A stretch of 64,000 bases of DNA from NCBI GenBank assembly GCA_044225365.1, contig JBGAIQ010000010.1, positions 1 through 64,000 of the forward strand. Reading direction: 5' to 3'. Both the position numbers and the translations under genes were made by a program. Positions 10,201-23,858 of the stretch are shown here, one piece after another. The stretch comes from Planctomycetota bacterium (GTDB lineage: Bacteria > Planctomycetota > B15-G4 > JADJEK01). Below the pieces are notes generated by a model, which made no database searches, was not told where the DNA came from, and worked only from the letters and a program-made list of their open reading frames with translations. Positions within the stretch are counted from its first letter, which is position 1, and each line of letters opens with the position of its first letter.

Positions 10201-10262
10201 GACGCTGGTGCGTAGAGAGAGGGGCGGCGGGATTCAGCGTTCGCCGTACGGGTGCCCTGCAT
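7212..10262 (-). CDS. Large (~1000 aa) exported TPR/alpha-solenoid protein
   Basis: Long ORF with strong GC3 codon bias, signal-like N-terminus (RRYFFASLMTVSVAWANA) and repeated TPR-like helix pairs. Confidence 0.75.
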   Translation of the reverse strand: MQGTRTANAESRRPSLYAPASAVRRYFFASLMTVSVAWANAPVQGKAPSGPITVGRDDVQFARRLSDIGWYDMAQKVCEAVIADKGLEEQDRIDGQLLLLDLGAEKIVQEKDLSKRVELMVKNIADRREFLSKFKESPAASTVVAQLPVAYKQLADAGAAAMAKETDAEKVQALQQKCLDAFVNVIKETNVRVDELKNKLANLPTSAGEKEQQQAEGDYIYARFNQVRYKYFRAQLFKPEDARKKQVFSETIEAIRDFAFDYGDVVLCYEAYIIQAACEDGLGKTEDAIATLTGALGVRESFEKTADGKVDLRDPEWIDTLVTAAIEKMKLLARGGKHEDALATGKDVFDSLPKGVSDEAYYLLRAQMAEEMLETGDIDGANEVGKQLISLDRDGPLGARGREILQKASGGKSNALGAGEIVRLAQEQAARGEVDDAIETIRGALYPASGNGTKPSTEILLTLGSFYQKKGYDHEAVAAYDMAAELAQNTDLEPQILVTAVAIDIKLRGAEKKAYYEKRSDERLARIKEKYPKHPAASYAQLVDGLKLEGEKKYKEAADAYQKVQKDSMYYVESLYRAGNCLYREASRMAQDALDNADAEAAKGEKPANDAAREKKAKEDRARRDAAIAAVAPAAKPFIEQSEALLKKTIESIAPAKQGTLDPAALAKLDVFAIEARLNLARLMQLAIVHRDADSLVVLDDAEKLAGKNEDALSNIWRMRIQALKALDRIDDAEKLLEKLLATKPDAGATAIAAGIIARAIDTRAVELFKTDSKSKVARDLFTRAVKYYEASLKPVLANSVSMSTNDIQVVANRIFALARLLNDIPDDHESFLGIDLVKLPYKDFFARTAKLYAAALERAPSYRMEVLLGRAQGFQSDWAKAAETYAAIFQGEPMVGENRKLKSALIKIKPELLFAWVEYGWVERNDGVKRRDTDAIKHALNVFEATCRSLESNREEWWYSKYGQIQCLYDLGNYDQADIAIRDLKRGSEDYDGNKYGLRDKLKALEEDLKNKATK

Positions 10263-10533
10263 TTCACGGCCTCATGAACAAGTGGAGCCATTCGACGGAT
10301 GACGAATTCGACGAGCTAGGCGACGAAACCAACAAGCGGGCGAGCGGGACCCGCCGGCGCTCCCGGGGTCGATCCTCGGGAATCGACCAAGGCGAGGATC
10401 CGGAGAGCCGGACGAATCGGAGCAAGACGGGAAAACGCAGCCACGCGACGGAATCAGGTGCGCAACAACGTTCGAGATCTCGCGACGGACCATTCGATCC
10501 GCATAAAAAATCGATCAGGTCCAAATCGGCGGT

Positions 10534-10606
10534 AGCCTACGCTCTGCTCGTACGATCGCAAGACTTTCCGACCGCTAGGGACGAAGCGGCGTGGACCATC
10601 CTATCA
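10534..10606 (-). promoter_or_regulatory. Candidate sigma70-type promoters for the TPR-exbD cluster
   Basis: Minus strand TTGCGA-N16-TAGGCT (10561-10534) and extended -10 TGATAGGAT (10606-10598). Confidence 0.3.
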
Positions 10607-10618
10607 CAGGTTGGGGTC

Positions 10619-11272
10619 CTAGGTAACCGCTCCTCCGCCTCGTCGCGCACGCCAGAACTCGATCACCATCGGCAGGATCGAGATCACGATGATGATCAGC
10701 ACCACGGCGGAGAAGTGCGACTTCACCCATTCGAGATTCCCGAACATCACACCAGCGCCGACCCCGATGCCGACCCAAGCGATGCTGCCCACGACGCTGA
10801 ACAGCAGGAACTTCTTGTAGTTCATCACGCCGACGCCGGCGACGAACGGCGCGAACGTGCGCACGATCGGAACGAACCGCGCGAGCACGATCGTCTTCGC
10901 GCCGTACTTCTCGTAGAACTTCTGCGTCTTCTCGAGGTGCGCGCGCTTGATGAAGCGATGGTCGCGCTCGAACACCTTCGAGCCGACGCCGCGCCCGATC
11001 CAGTAGTTCGTCGAGTCGCCGATCACCGCGCCGAGGAACATGAAGAACGCGAGCGGCCAAGGCGCGAGCTCGTGGCTGCCGAGCGCGGCGAGCGCACCCG
11101 CGGCGAACAGGAGCGAGTCCCCCGGAAGGAACGGGGTCACCACGAGCCCGGTCTCGCAGAAGATGATGAGGAAGAACACGGCGTAGGACCACGGCCCCGC
11201 CCAGTTCACGAGATCGACGAGATGCTTGTCGAGATGAAGGAGCCAGTCGATCGCCGTCTTGATGAATTCCAT
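10619..11272 (-). CDS. dedA: DedA/VTT family membrane protein
   Basis: FCETGLVVTPFLPGDSLLFAAG, GDSTNYWIGR, ARFVPIVRTFAPFVAG signatures. Confidence 0.93.
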   Translation of the reverse strand: MEFIKTAIDWLLHLDKHLVDLVNWAGPWSYAVFFLIIFCETGLVVTPFLPGDSLLFAAGALAALGSHELAPWPLAFFMFLGAVIGDSTNYWIGRGVGSKVFERDHRFIKRAHLEKTQKFYEKYGAKTIVLARFVPIVRTFAPFVAGVGVMNYKKFLLFSVVGSIAWVGIGVGAGVMFGNLEWVKSHFSAVVLIIIVISILPMVIEFWRARRGGGAVT

Positions 11273-11479
11273 GACCGCCTCATTGGATCGCGCGACGCCG
11301 TTCTCGAACCGCGATGGGACGACCCACCTGCGCCGGGTCCGGGCGAAGGGCGCGACATCCTACTGGGCGTGGAATCGAAACGCGAACGCATTCGAAACGG
11401 GCGGAAGCGGCGTACCCGGCCTGTGGAGGCGACGCGGCGATGTGGCATCGCGCGCAGGCCGGGGATCCTCGAACGCGAA

Positions 11480-14014
11480 TCAGATCTTGAACTGCGCGAT
11501 CGCTCCGGAGAGTTGCGTCGACATCGTCGAGAGGGCCGAGGCGGCGTTCGAGGTCTCGGTGGCGCCCGATGTGGTGTTGAGGGCAGCCCTCGCCACCTCG
11601 CCGATGCTCGCCGTGATCTCGGTGGCGCCCGTCGCGGCATCGGAGATGTACCGATTGATCTCCGCCGTCGTCGATCGCTGCTCCTCCACCGCGGCCGCGA
11701 TGATGCTCGCCGCACTGTTGATCTCGTCGATGATCGTGCTGATCTCACCGATCGAGGACACGGACTTCGCCGTGTCGCCGCGAATGGCGTCGATCCGCAA
11801 CCGGATGTCCTCGGTGGCCTTCGCCGTCTCCTTCGCGAGTTCCTTCACCTCGTTGGCGACGACCGCGAAGCCCTTCCCCGCGTCGCCCGCGCGTGCGGCC
11901 TCGATCGTGGCGTTGAGCGCGAGCAGGTTCGTCTGCTGCGCGATCGAGGTGATCACCTTCAGGACGTTTCCGATCTCCTCGCTCGACTGACCTAGCTTCT
12001 GGATCGTGGTCGTGGTCTGCTCCGCGACGCGCACTGCGTTCGATGCGACCGCGGCTGCCTGCGACGTGTTCTTCGAGATCTCACCGATACTCGCCGCCAT
12101 CTGTTCGGACGCGCTCGCGACGGTCTGGACGCACTTGTTGACGTGGTTCACCGCTGCGGTGACGACGCCCGCCTGTTCGCTCGTCTGTTGGGCGTTCTGG
12201 TTCATCGACGCGCTCACCCCCGTGAGCTGTTTGAAGCTCGCCGCGAGTGAACCCGCACTCTCGCCGATCCGAGCGATCGTCTGGCGCAGGCCCTTCAAGA
12301 ACTCGTCGAGCCCTTCTGCCAGGCGCCCGATCGGATCCGAACCGGTGACCGCGACGTCACGTGTGAGATCGCCCTTGGCGGCCGCATTCACGACGTCGAG
12401 GATCATCGCGACCCGCTGCTGGAGCGACTCGCTGTTCGCCCGCTCGCGAGCGTTCCCTGCCGCGATCTCCGCTTCGAGCCGCTTTGCCTCGGTGATGTCC
12501 GTCGCGAACTTCACCACCTTGTAGGGTCGTCCGTTCGGATCGAGGATCGGGTTGTAGGAGGCCTGGATCCAGACTTCCCTCCCTCCCTTGCCGAAGCGCC
12601 TGAACTGGGCGGAGACGAACGTCCCGGTCTTCAGGTCGGCCCAGAACTTCTTGTATTCCGCGCTCGCGGCGTAGTCGGGGGCCACGAACATGCTGTGGTG
12701 CCGGCCCCGGATCTCGTCGCTGCGGTAGCCCATCACCGCGAGGAAGTTCTCGTTCGCGTCGAGGACGTTTCCTTCGAGGTCGAACTCGATCACCGCTTGC
12801 GCCTTGTGGATCGCGGAGAGCTGTCCTTCGCGATCGGAATTGCGCTGCATCTGCGACGTGATGTCGGACGCGAATTTCACGACCTTGAAGGCGGCGCCGT
12901 TCAGATCGAAGACCGGGTTGTATGACGCCTGGATCCAGATCTCCCGGCCGCCCTTCCCGACGCGCTTGAACTCGCCGGACGCGAACGTGCCGGTCTTCAG
13001 GTCGGCCCAGAACCTGCGGTACTCCGCGCTCGCGGCGAAATCCGCGGGAACGAACATGCTGTGATGCCGGCCCTTCACTTCCTCGAGGCGATAGCCGAGC
13101 ACCGCGAGGAAATTGTCGTTCGCGTTCAGCACGTTACCGTCGAGGTCGAATTCGATGACGCCCTGGGATCGGTGGATGGCAGCGATCTGGCCCTGGACGT
13201 TCGCCTGCTTCAGCTTGTCCGCGGTGATGTCGGTCGCGTATTTCACGACTTTGAGCGGTACTCCGCTCGCGTTGAGGATCGGGTTGTAGCTGGCGAGGAT
13301 CCACACTTCCTTGCCGTTCTTGCCAAAGCGCTTGAACTCCGCCGAAATGCACTCGCCGCGCCGCAGCCGCGACCAGAACTCGCCGTACTCCGCGCCGCGT
13401 CGCGTCGCTTCGTCGACGAACATCTGATCGTGCTGGCCGACGATCTCGCTGCGCGAGTAGCCGACCGCTTCGAGGAACCGGTCGTTGGCGTCGAGGATCG
13501 TGCCATCCATCGCGAACTCGATCACGGCCATCGAGCGGCCGATTGCCGCGATCTCGCCCGCGCGAGTGCGATGTTCGGTGACTTCCCACCAGTCGAGCCG
13601 AGTCCCGACGGGGCCCCCACTCTCGTGGCGCAGGCGATTTGCGACGAACTCGTAGACGCGGTTCCCGATCGTGACGTCCGCGCGCGGCGTCCCATTGCGC
13701 TCGTCGAGCAGGGCGCTTGCGGACGGGCCGAGGTCGCGCACGAAGGTGTCGATACGATCCACGCCACCATGGGAGGTCTTCGTCGCGCCGGTGTCGAGGC
13801 GCAACGCGACGGCGTTCGACTCGATCCATCGCTTCGCGGCTGCGTTCACCTGGAAGACGCGACCTTCCGCGTCGAACAGGACCGTCGATCCTCCGGCCTG
13901 TTCGAGCGCGCATTCGAGGATGCGGTTGCGCTCGCTAGCGCCGCGATGGGTCTTCAACACCGACGAAGTCGCTTTCGCGGCCGAATTCGGCCGCACCATC
14001 CCTTGGTTACGCAT
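11480..14014 (-). CDS. Soluble methyl-accepting chemotaxis protein with tandem PAS/PAC domains (BdlA-like)
   Basis: ATG at 14014 with AGGA RBS; three AVIEFxxDGxILxANxNFL...W(I)xASYNP repeats plus a degenerate N-terminal PAS; hairpin tip [34 protein letters not shown]; no TM segment. Confidence 0.92.
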   Translation of the reverse strand: MRNQGMVRPNSAAKATSSVLKTHRGASERNRILECALEQAGGSTVLFDAEGRVFQVNAAAKRWIESNAVALRLDTGATKTSHGGVDRIDTFVRDLGPSASALLDERNGTPRADVTIGNRVYEFVANRLRHESGGPVGTRLDWWEVTEHRTRAGEIAAIGRSMAVIEFAMDGTILDANDRFLEAVGYSRSEIVGQHDQMFVDEATRRGAEYGEFWSRLRRGECISAEFKRFGKNGKEVWILASYNPILNASGVPLKVVKYATDITADKLKQANVQGQIAAIHRSQGVIEFDLDGNVLNANDNFLAVLGYRLEEVKGRHHSMFVPADFAASAEYRRFWADLKTGTFASGEFKRVGKGGREIWIQASYNPVFDLNGAAFKVVKFASDITSQMQRNSDREGQLSAIHKAQAVIEFDLEGNVLDANENFLAVMGYRSDEIRGRHHSMFVAPDYAASAEYKKFWADLKTGTFVSAQFRRFGKGGREVWIQASYNPILDPNGRPYKVVKFATDITEAKRLEAEIAAGNARERANSESLQQRVAMILDVVNAAAKGDLTRDVAVTGSDPIGRLAEGLDEFLKGLRQTIARIGESAGSLAASFKQLTGVSASMNQNAQQTSEQAGVVTAAVNHVNKCVQTVASASEQMAASIGEISKNTSQAAAVASNAVRVAEQTTTTIQKLGQSSEEIGNVLKVITSIAQQTNLLALNATIEAARAGDAGKGFAVVANEVKELAKETAKATEDIRLRIDAIRGDTAKSVSSIGEISTIIDEINSAASIIAAAVEEQRSTTAEINRYISDAATGATEITASIGEVARAALNTTSGATETSNAASALSTMSTQLSGAIAQFKI

Positions 14015-14117
14015 TTTGGATTCCTGACCTGTTAGCGCGGCTCGAGAGGTTCGCACGCCGTCGTGAATCCACGACAGCACCACTCGGGTCGGCGCGATCT
14101 TGCGCGCGACGGACCGA

Positions 14118-14164
14118 TTGTCGTCCGAATCTCGGAACGCACTTGAGGTCGTGGAAGCGAATTC
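14118..14164 (-). promoter_or_regulatory. Putative promoter motif shared with the pilus operon (GAATTCG-N10-CTCAAG-N18-CGACAA)
   Basis: Same three elements and same spacing as 35588-35634; resembles sigma28-type TAAAG/CCGATAA with a longer spacer. Confidence 0.5.
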
Positions 14165-14208
14165 GTCCCCACTCCGAATCCGCCGCGAACTCTCACCGAG
14201 ATCGCCGC

Positions 14209-15996
14209 TCACGTCGGCCGATCGATCTTCAGTCGCAGCTCCTTCAACTGCTTTTCGGGCACTTCGCTCGGGGCTCCCGTCATCAGGTCCGCCGCGGACG
14301 CGGTCTTCGGGAAGGCGTAGAAGTCGCGGATGTGACTCTTGCCCATGAGCAGCGCGAGGATGCGATCCATGCCGATGCCAATTCCCGCGTGCGGCGGAGC
14401 GCCGAACTCGAACGCTTCGAGGAAGAACCCGAACTTGTTGTTCGCTTCCTCGGGCGTGATGCCGAGCTTGTCGAAGACTCGCGCCTGCAGCGGCCGCGAA
14501 TGGATGCGGACCGAGCCCGATCCGAGTTCCCAACCGTTGAGCACGAGGTCGTAGGCGCGCGCCTTCAGGCTTGCTGGATCCTTCTCCAGGTGCCCCTCGT
14601 ATTCCTCGAGCGGCGTCGTGAAGGGGTGATGCGCACCCTTCCACTTCTGCTCCTCCTGCTCCCACTCGAACATCGGGAACTTCGTGATCCAAGCGAACGC
14701 GAGGCGCCCGTCCTGCGGAATGAGGTCGAGTCGCTTCGCGAGTTCGTTGCGCAGTTCACCGAGCGACCGACGCACGATGGGAAGCTGATCGGCGACGACG
14801 AGAAGCATGTCGCCGGGCTGGAATCCGCAAACCCCCGCGAGGCGCTGCTGCCGCGCGGCGTCGACGAACTTGGAGAGCGGGCCCGCGAGCGCGCCCTTCT
14901 CGTCGGTCTTGAGGTAGGCGAGGCCTTTCGCGCCGAAGCCCTTCAAGTGTTCCGTGAGTTCGTCGATCATCTTGCGCGTGATGCGCGCCGAGCCGCCCGG
15001 GACGCAAATCCCGCGCACCGCGCCGCCCTTCTCGATCGTCTGCTCGACGACGTTGAACCCACAACCTTTCAGGCACTCCCCGAGTTCCTTGATCTCGAGG
15101 CCGAAGCGAAGGTCCGGCTTGTCGAGGCCGAAGCGATCGACCGACTCTGTCCACGTGAGGCGCGGGAACGGCGTGGGAACGGTGCGGCCGAAAACGTCAT
15201 GGATCGCGGCCGCGAACACCTTCTCGATGATCGCGTGCACATCCTCCTCGTCGCCGAACGAGAGTTCGAGGTCGAGCTGCGTGAACTCGGGTTGGCGGTC
15301 GGCGCGAAGGTCTTCGTCGCGCAGACAGCGCGCGATCTGGAAGTAGCGATCCATGCCGCCGACCATGAGGAGTTGCTTGAAGACCTGCGGCGACTGCGGA
15401 AGTGCGTAGAACGTTCCGGGATGGACGCGGCTCGGCACCACGTACTCGCGCGAACCCTCGGGGGTCATGCGCGTGAGCATCGGCGTCTCGACCTCGATGT
15501 AGCCTTCGCGATCAAGGCTGCGACGCAGGGCGAGGAAGAACCGATGCCGCGTCGAGAGCGCGTCGCGCAGCGACGGGCGACGCAGGTCGAGGTAGCGATA
15601 CTTGAATCGCAACTCCTCGTTCACCTGCGCGTGGTCGCCGATCTCGAAAGGCGGAGTCTTGCTCGGATTGACGATCTCGATCGTCGACGCGAGGAGTTCG
15701 ATCTCGCCCGTCGGCCGGTCCTTGTTGATCGCCTCGGCACCGCGCCGCCGCACCTTGCCCGTGACGGCGAGAACCCACTCGGACTTGACGGTCTGCGCCG
15801 CGGTGATGACTTCGGGCGGGCACGCGTGCGGATCGCACACGACCTGGGTGACGCCGTAGCGGTCGCGCAGGTCGATGAAGACGAGTTGGCCGAAGTCGCG
15901 CACGACCTCGACCCAGCCGTTGAGTACGACCGTGCGACCATCGTCCGACGGCCGGAGTTGGCCGCATGTCATCGTGCGCTTGCTGAACTTCGTCAC
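14209..15996 (-). CDS. aspS: Aspartate--tRNA ligase
   Basis: OB-fold (FIDLRDRYG), LPQSPQ, motif 2 ([24 protein letters not shown]), motif 3 ([14 protein letters not shown]); GTG at 15996 with GGGAG RBS. Confidence 0.97.
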   Translation of the reverse strand: MTKFSKRTMTCGQLRPSDDGRTVVLNGWVEVVRDFGQLVFIDLRDRYGVTQVVCDPHACPPEVITAAQTVKSEWVLAVTGKVRRRGAEAINKDRPTGEIELLASTIEIVNPSKTPPFEIGDHAQVNEELRFKYRYLDLRRPSLRDALSTRHRFFLALRRSLDREGYIEVETPMLTRMTPEGSREYVVPSRVHPGTFYALPQSPQVFKQLLMVGGMDRYFQIARCLRDEDLRADRQPEFTQLDLELSFGDEEDVHAIIEKVFAAAIHDVFGRTVPTPFPRLTWTESVDRFGLDKPDLRFGLEIKELGECLKGCGFNVVEQTIEKGGAVRGICVPGGSARITRKMIDELTEHLKGFGAKGLAYLKTDEKGALAGPLSKFVDAARQQRLAGVCGFQPGDMLLVVADQLPIVRRSLGELRNELAKRLDLIPQDGRLAFAWITKFPMFEWEQEEQKWKGAHHPFTTPLEEYEGHLEKDPASLKARAYDLVLNGWELGSGSVRIHSRPLQARVFDKLGITPEEANNKFGFFLEAFEFGAPPHAGIGIGMDRILALLMGKSHIRDFYAFPKTASAADLMTGAPSEVPEKQLKELRLKIDRPT

Positions 15997-16131
15997 GTCG
16001 TGCTCCCGCGATTCGACAATCGCCACGAGTCTATGGATCGCGGCGACGTTCGCAACGGCGACCGCGTGCGATGGCGCAGTTCAGAACGCAGGGCGGATCG
16101 AATTGCGAAGCCGGCTACGAGGACCTTTCGA

Positions 16132-18513
<2,382 letters not shown>

Positions 18514-18666
18514 GATGAAGACCTCCACCCGGGTTGGGGGTAATGCTCAAACCCGACCCGGGTTCGATTGCCGAAATCTGTTGCGGTTCTCCGCGCGTAA
18601 GCCCGCTTGGTTGCGGGCTCTTATCGGAAAAACGCCGCTCTAACTATTGCCTGCGCCGAATGCTCC

Positions 18667-20175
18667 TCAAGTCCGCGGACCGGAGGCCCGGTCGACCGCG
18701 AGGATGCTGCGATGGCGCCCGTAGGCGAAGTAAATCACGAGACCGATCACCAGCCAACCGATCAATCGGTACCAGTTCTCGGCGGGCAACGAGCACATCA
18801 GCACGACGCAGAACAGGATGCCGAGGATCGGAACGAGCGGCACCCACGGACAGCGGAACGGGCGCGGAGTGTTCGGATTCGTCTTGCGCATCACGAGGAC
18901 GGCGGCGCAGACGATGACGAATGCGAGCATCGTCCCGATGTTCGTGAGGTCGAGCAGCCAATCGATCGGGAAGAGTCCAGCCATCACCGCGACGACGGCC
19001 CCGACGAGCAGCGTCGACTTCCAAGGCGTCTGGAACTTCGGATGGACCGCTCCGAAGAAGCTCTTCGGCAACAGGCCGTCACGCGCCATCGCGAGGAAGA
19101 CGCGCGGCGCCGAGAGCATCATGACGAGGAGCACGGACGTGATGCCGGCGACGCCGGCGATCGCGATCATGAACTCCGCCCATCCGAGGCCCACGGACTT
19201 GAAGGCGCTCGAGACGCCGGCATGGATGTCGATCTGATCGTACTTCACCATGCCGGTGAGGACGGCGACGACCGCGATGTAGAGGATCGTGCACACGATG
19301 AGCGAGCCCATGATGCCGATCGGGATGTCGCGCTTCGGGTTCTTCGCTTCCTCGGCCTGGGTCGATACGGCGTCGAAACCGATGTAGGCAAAGAAGACGA
19401 TCGCCGCGCCCGCGAGCACGCCGACGGGATGTCCTGCGGCGTTCTTGCCGCCGACGATCTCATGGCCGAACACGCTGAGTCCGCCGTAGCCGTAGGGCGC
19501 GAACGGATGCCAGTTGTCGGGGTTGACGTAGTGCGCACCGACGATGATCACGAACAGCACGGCCGACAGCTTGAGGGCCACCATGAGCGCGTTGAATCCC
19601 GCGCTCTCCTTGATGCCCTTGACGAGCACGAGCGTCACAGCGATCGCGATCAGCACGGCGGGCAGGTCGAAGTACGAGCCCGTCGAGGTGAGACCGGCGT
19701 TGGCGTCGTAGGCCCACGGCGAGGTGCTGCACCACGTGGGTAACGTGATCCCGATCTTGGGCAAGATCGATTTGGAGAGGTATCCCGACCATCCGTTCGC
19801 GACCGTTGCCGCACCGACCGCGTACTCGAGCACGAGGTCCCAGCCGATGATCCACGCGAGCAGTTCACCGAGCGTCGCGTACGCGTAGGTGTAGGCCGAA
19901 CCGGCGACGGGCACCATCGCGGCGAACTCTGCATAGCAGAGTGCGGCGAAGATGCAGGTCATGCCGGCGACGACGTACGACAGCATCAGCGCGGGTCCCG
20001 CGATGTCGTGCGCGGACTTGCCCGTCGCGACGAAGATACCGGCGCCGATCACGGCGCCGATCCCCATCGCGATCAGACCGACCGGTCCGAGCACGCGTTT
20101 CAAGCGATGGCTGCCGCCTTCCGCTTCGGCAAGGATTCGCTCGATCGGTTTCGTCGCGAACAGGTTGCTTCCCAT
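18667..20175 (-). CDS. APC superfamily amino acid permease (CAT-like)
   Basis: GAVIGAGIF, CYAEFAAMVPVAGSAYTY, FFAYIGFD, EEAKNPKRDIP; about 12-14 TMs. Confidence 0.92.
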   Translation of the reverse strand: MGSNLFATKPIERILAEAEGGSHRLKRVLGPVGLIAMGIGAVIGAGIFVATGKSAHDIAGPALMLSYVVAGMTCIFAALCYAEFAAMVPVAGSAYTYAYATLGELLAWIIGWDLVLEYAVGAATVANGWSGYLSKSILPKIGITLPTWCSTSPWAYDANAGLTSTGSYFDLPAVLIAIAVTLVLVKGIKESAGFNALMVALKLSAVLFVIIVGAHYVNPDNWHPFAPYGYGGLSVFGHEIVGGKNAAGHPVGVLAGAAIVFFAYIGFDAVSTQAEEAKNPKRDIPIGIMGSLIVCTILYIAVVAVLTGMVKYDQIDIHAGVSSAFKSVGLGWAEFMIAIAGVAGITSVLLVMMLSAPRVFLAMARDGLLPKSFFGAVHPKFQTPWKSTLLVGAVVAVMAGLFPIDWLLDLTNIGTMLAFVIVCAAVLVMRKTNPNTPRPFRCPWVPLVPILGILFCVVLMCSLPAENWYRLIGWLVIGLVIYFAYGRHRSILAVDRASGPRT

Positions 20176-20184
20176 CGCTGACTC

Positions 20185-21747
20185 CTATGCGGACCGGTGC
20201 GCATTGGCGCCGGCACTGCGTTTCCAGAGGTAGAAGACCGGAACTCCCGAGAGCACGATGACGAGACCCGGCCACGAGGTGTTCGTCTTGTAGATGAACA
20301 ACGCGGCGAGGATGGTCGTCGCAGCAAGGATGTAGAGCAGGGGCACGATCGGATAACCCCACGCCTTCGTCGGCGGCGCCGGCTCGTTCTTCGCCGCGGC
20401 CCGCTTCCGCGCGATGAACAATCCCGCGACGGTGAGCACGTAGAAGATGAGCACCGCGAACACGACGTAGTCGAGCAGGTTGCTGTAGAGGCTGCCGAAC
20501 TGCGGCTGGCCATTGGCGTCGAGCAGCGGCGCGCCCGAGGCGTCGCGCATGCGGATGCGCGGCAGCACGAGCAGGCAGGCCCACAGACACTGCAGCCAGA
20601 GCGCGATCGAGGGGACGCGATTCGAATTGAGCTTCCCGGCCTTCTCGAAGAAGAGGCCGTCGCCCGCCATCGCGTGCGTCACGCGCGCGCCCGCGAGCAC
20701 GAGTCCGTTGTTGCAGCCGAACGTCGAGATCACGATCGCGATCGCCATCACGATCTTGCCGGTATCGCCGAAGATCACCCCGAGAGCCGCGGTCGCGACG
20801 CGATCCTGATCGGCGTTCTGGATCTTCTCGAGCGGCAGCGTCACCGCGTACGCGAGGTTCGCCGAGACGTAGAGCAGGGTGACGATCGCCGTGCCGAGCA
20901 CGAGCGCGATCGGGATCGTCTTCGACGGGTTCTTCACCTCGCCCGCGGCGAAAGTGATGTTGTTCCAGGCGTCGGAGGAGAACAGCGAACCGACCTGCGC
21001 CACGCACATCGCGACGAGGAGCCCGAGGAATCCGTCCGTCGCGGAGAGCGTCGGCGCGGAGAACACGTCCGGCTTGATCGGAGTCGCACCGTGCGACGCG
21101 AACAGGTTCGAGAAGTTCTGATGGACGACGTCGGAGTTCCAGCCCCAGATCAGACCGACGAGGATCAATGCGAACAGCGACAGCGTCTTCACCGACGTGA
21201 ACGCGTTCTGGATCCACTTGCCGAACTTGATGCCCTTCGAGTTGATCATCGTGAGGAACACGATGAGCACGAGCCCGACGAGCTGCTGCACCGACAGACT
21301 GATCGCGTACCCTTCCGAGAGGTTGATCGGCGCGATGATCCAGCTCGTGCCGGAGATCGCGGGAAAGAGCACCCCCAGGTACTTCGCAAAGCCGACGGCG
21401 ACGGCCGCGATCGTCCCCGACTGGATGACGAGGAAGAAGGCCCAGCCGAAGAGGAATCCGAAGAGGGGCGAGTAGAGATCGCGCAGGAAGACGTACTGGC
21501 CGCCGGCGTAGGGCATGCGCGATGCGAGTTCGGCGAAGCTCATCGCCGCCGCGATCGTGAGCAGCCCGGTGACGACCCACGACAGGAGGAGCCAGCCCGT
21601 CGAACCGACGTTGCGCGCGATGTCCGCCGAGACGATGAAGATGCCCGAGCCGATCATCGATCCCGCGACGAGCATCGTGGAATCGAGGACGCCGAGTTCG
21701 CGGACGTAGCCGTCCGCGGCCGCTTTCGTCGTCGTGCTGTCCGTCAT
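20185..21747 (-). CDS. APC superfamily amino acid permease (LAT-like)
   Basis: GSMIGSGIF, AELASRMPYAGGQYVFL, SSDAWNN, GEVKNPSKTIP. Confidence 0.92.
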   Translation of the reverse strand: MTDSTTTKAAADGYVRELGVLDSTMLVAGSMIGSGIFIVSADIARNVGSTGWLLLSWVVTGLLTIAAAMSFAELASRMPYAGGQYVFLRDLYSPLFGFLFGWAFFLVIQSGTIAAVAVGFAKYLGVLFPAISGTSWIIAPINLSEGYAISLSVQQLVGLVLIVFLTMINSKGIKFGKWIQNAFTSVKTLSLFALILVGLIWGWNSDVVHQNFSNLFASHGATPIKPDVFSAPTLSATDGFLGLLVAMCVAQVGSLFSSDAWNNITFAAGEVKNPSKTIPIALVLGTAIVTLLYVSANLAYAVTLPLEKIQNADQDRVATAALGVIFGDTGKIVMAIAIVISTFGCNNGLVLAGARVTHAMAGDGLFFEKAGKLNSNRVPSIALWLQCLWACLLVLPRIRMRDASGAPLLDANGQPQFGSLYSNLLDYVVFAVLIFYVLTVAGLFIARKRAAAKNEPAPPTKAWGYPIVPLLYILAATTILAALFIYKTNTSWPGLVIVLSGVPVFYLWKRSAGANAHRSA

Positions 21748-21880
21748 CGATCCGACCTGCCTTCCGCTTGCCGAACTACGACGCGCACACGAGTGCGCGT
21801 ACGGCATCGTGAGTTGCTCTTCCGAGCGAGGAACTCCCCGAAGCCGGGCCAGGATAGCGGCAACGCATGGATTCGACGAC

Positions 21881-22312
21881 TTAGAAGCTGTTCGTCGCCT
21901 TCAGCCGGGCGACGGCGCGCTGCAATGCCGCTTCGGCCCGGATGAAATCGACATCCTTGTCGCCGCGCCGCTTCAGCCGGACGGCCGCGCGCTCGCGGGA
22001 CTTCTTCGCGCGCTCGACGTTGATGTCCTCGGGTCGTTCCGCCGAGTCGACGAGCACCTTCGCGTGATTCTTGAAGACTTCGATGAAGCCCTCACCCACC
22101 GCGAACACCTGCTGCTTGCCATCCTCGAGCGTGACCTTGAGGACGCCCGGCACGAGCGCCGCGACGAGCGGCGCATGGTGCGCAAGTACGCCGAGTTGAC
22201 CATCCGACGCGGTGACCGTGATCGCGCGAGCGCGCGACCGCATGAGCACGCGCTCGGGCGAGATCACCTCGAGATCGAATGCCTTGCTGGAGATTGTCGC
22301 GGTATCGGCCAT
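21881..22312 (-). CDS. atpC: F1Fo ATP synthase epsilon subunit
   Basis: LEVISPE, GQLGVLAHHAPL, AERPEDIN; last gene of the atp operon. Confidence 0.95.
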   Translation of the reverse strand: MADTATISSKAFDLEVISPERVLMRSRARAITVTASDGQLGVLAHHAPLVAALVPGVLKVTLEDGKQQVFAVGEGFIEVFKNHAKVLVDSAERPEDINVERAKKSRERAAVRLKRRGDKDVDFIRAEAALQRAVARLKATNSF

Positions 22313-22367
22313 ATTCGCTCACTTGACTCCGGTGGACTCGATGCGGCTTCGCCCGATCGGCGTCCGC

Positions 22368-23813
<1,446 letters not shown>

Positions 23814-23858
23814 CTACCGACATTCACGATCGGGCGCACAGCCGTGCGCCCTTACCGA

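Noticed and set aside
14015-14692. 226-aa N-terminal extension of the MCP given in the ORF track
   Set aside because: Overlaps aspS in another frame; ATG at 14014 has an RBS and an upstream promoter-like motif
18550-18575. tRNA suggested by a GGTTCGATT T-loop-like string
   Set aside because: No cloverleaf, acceptor stem or anticodon arm could be built around it
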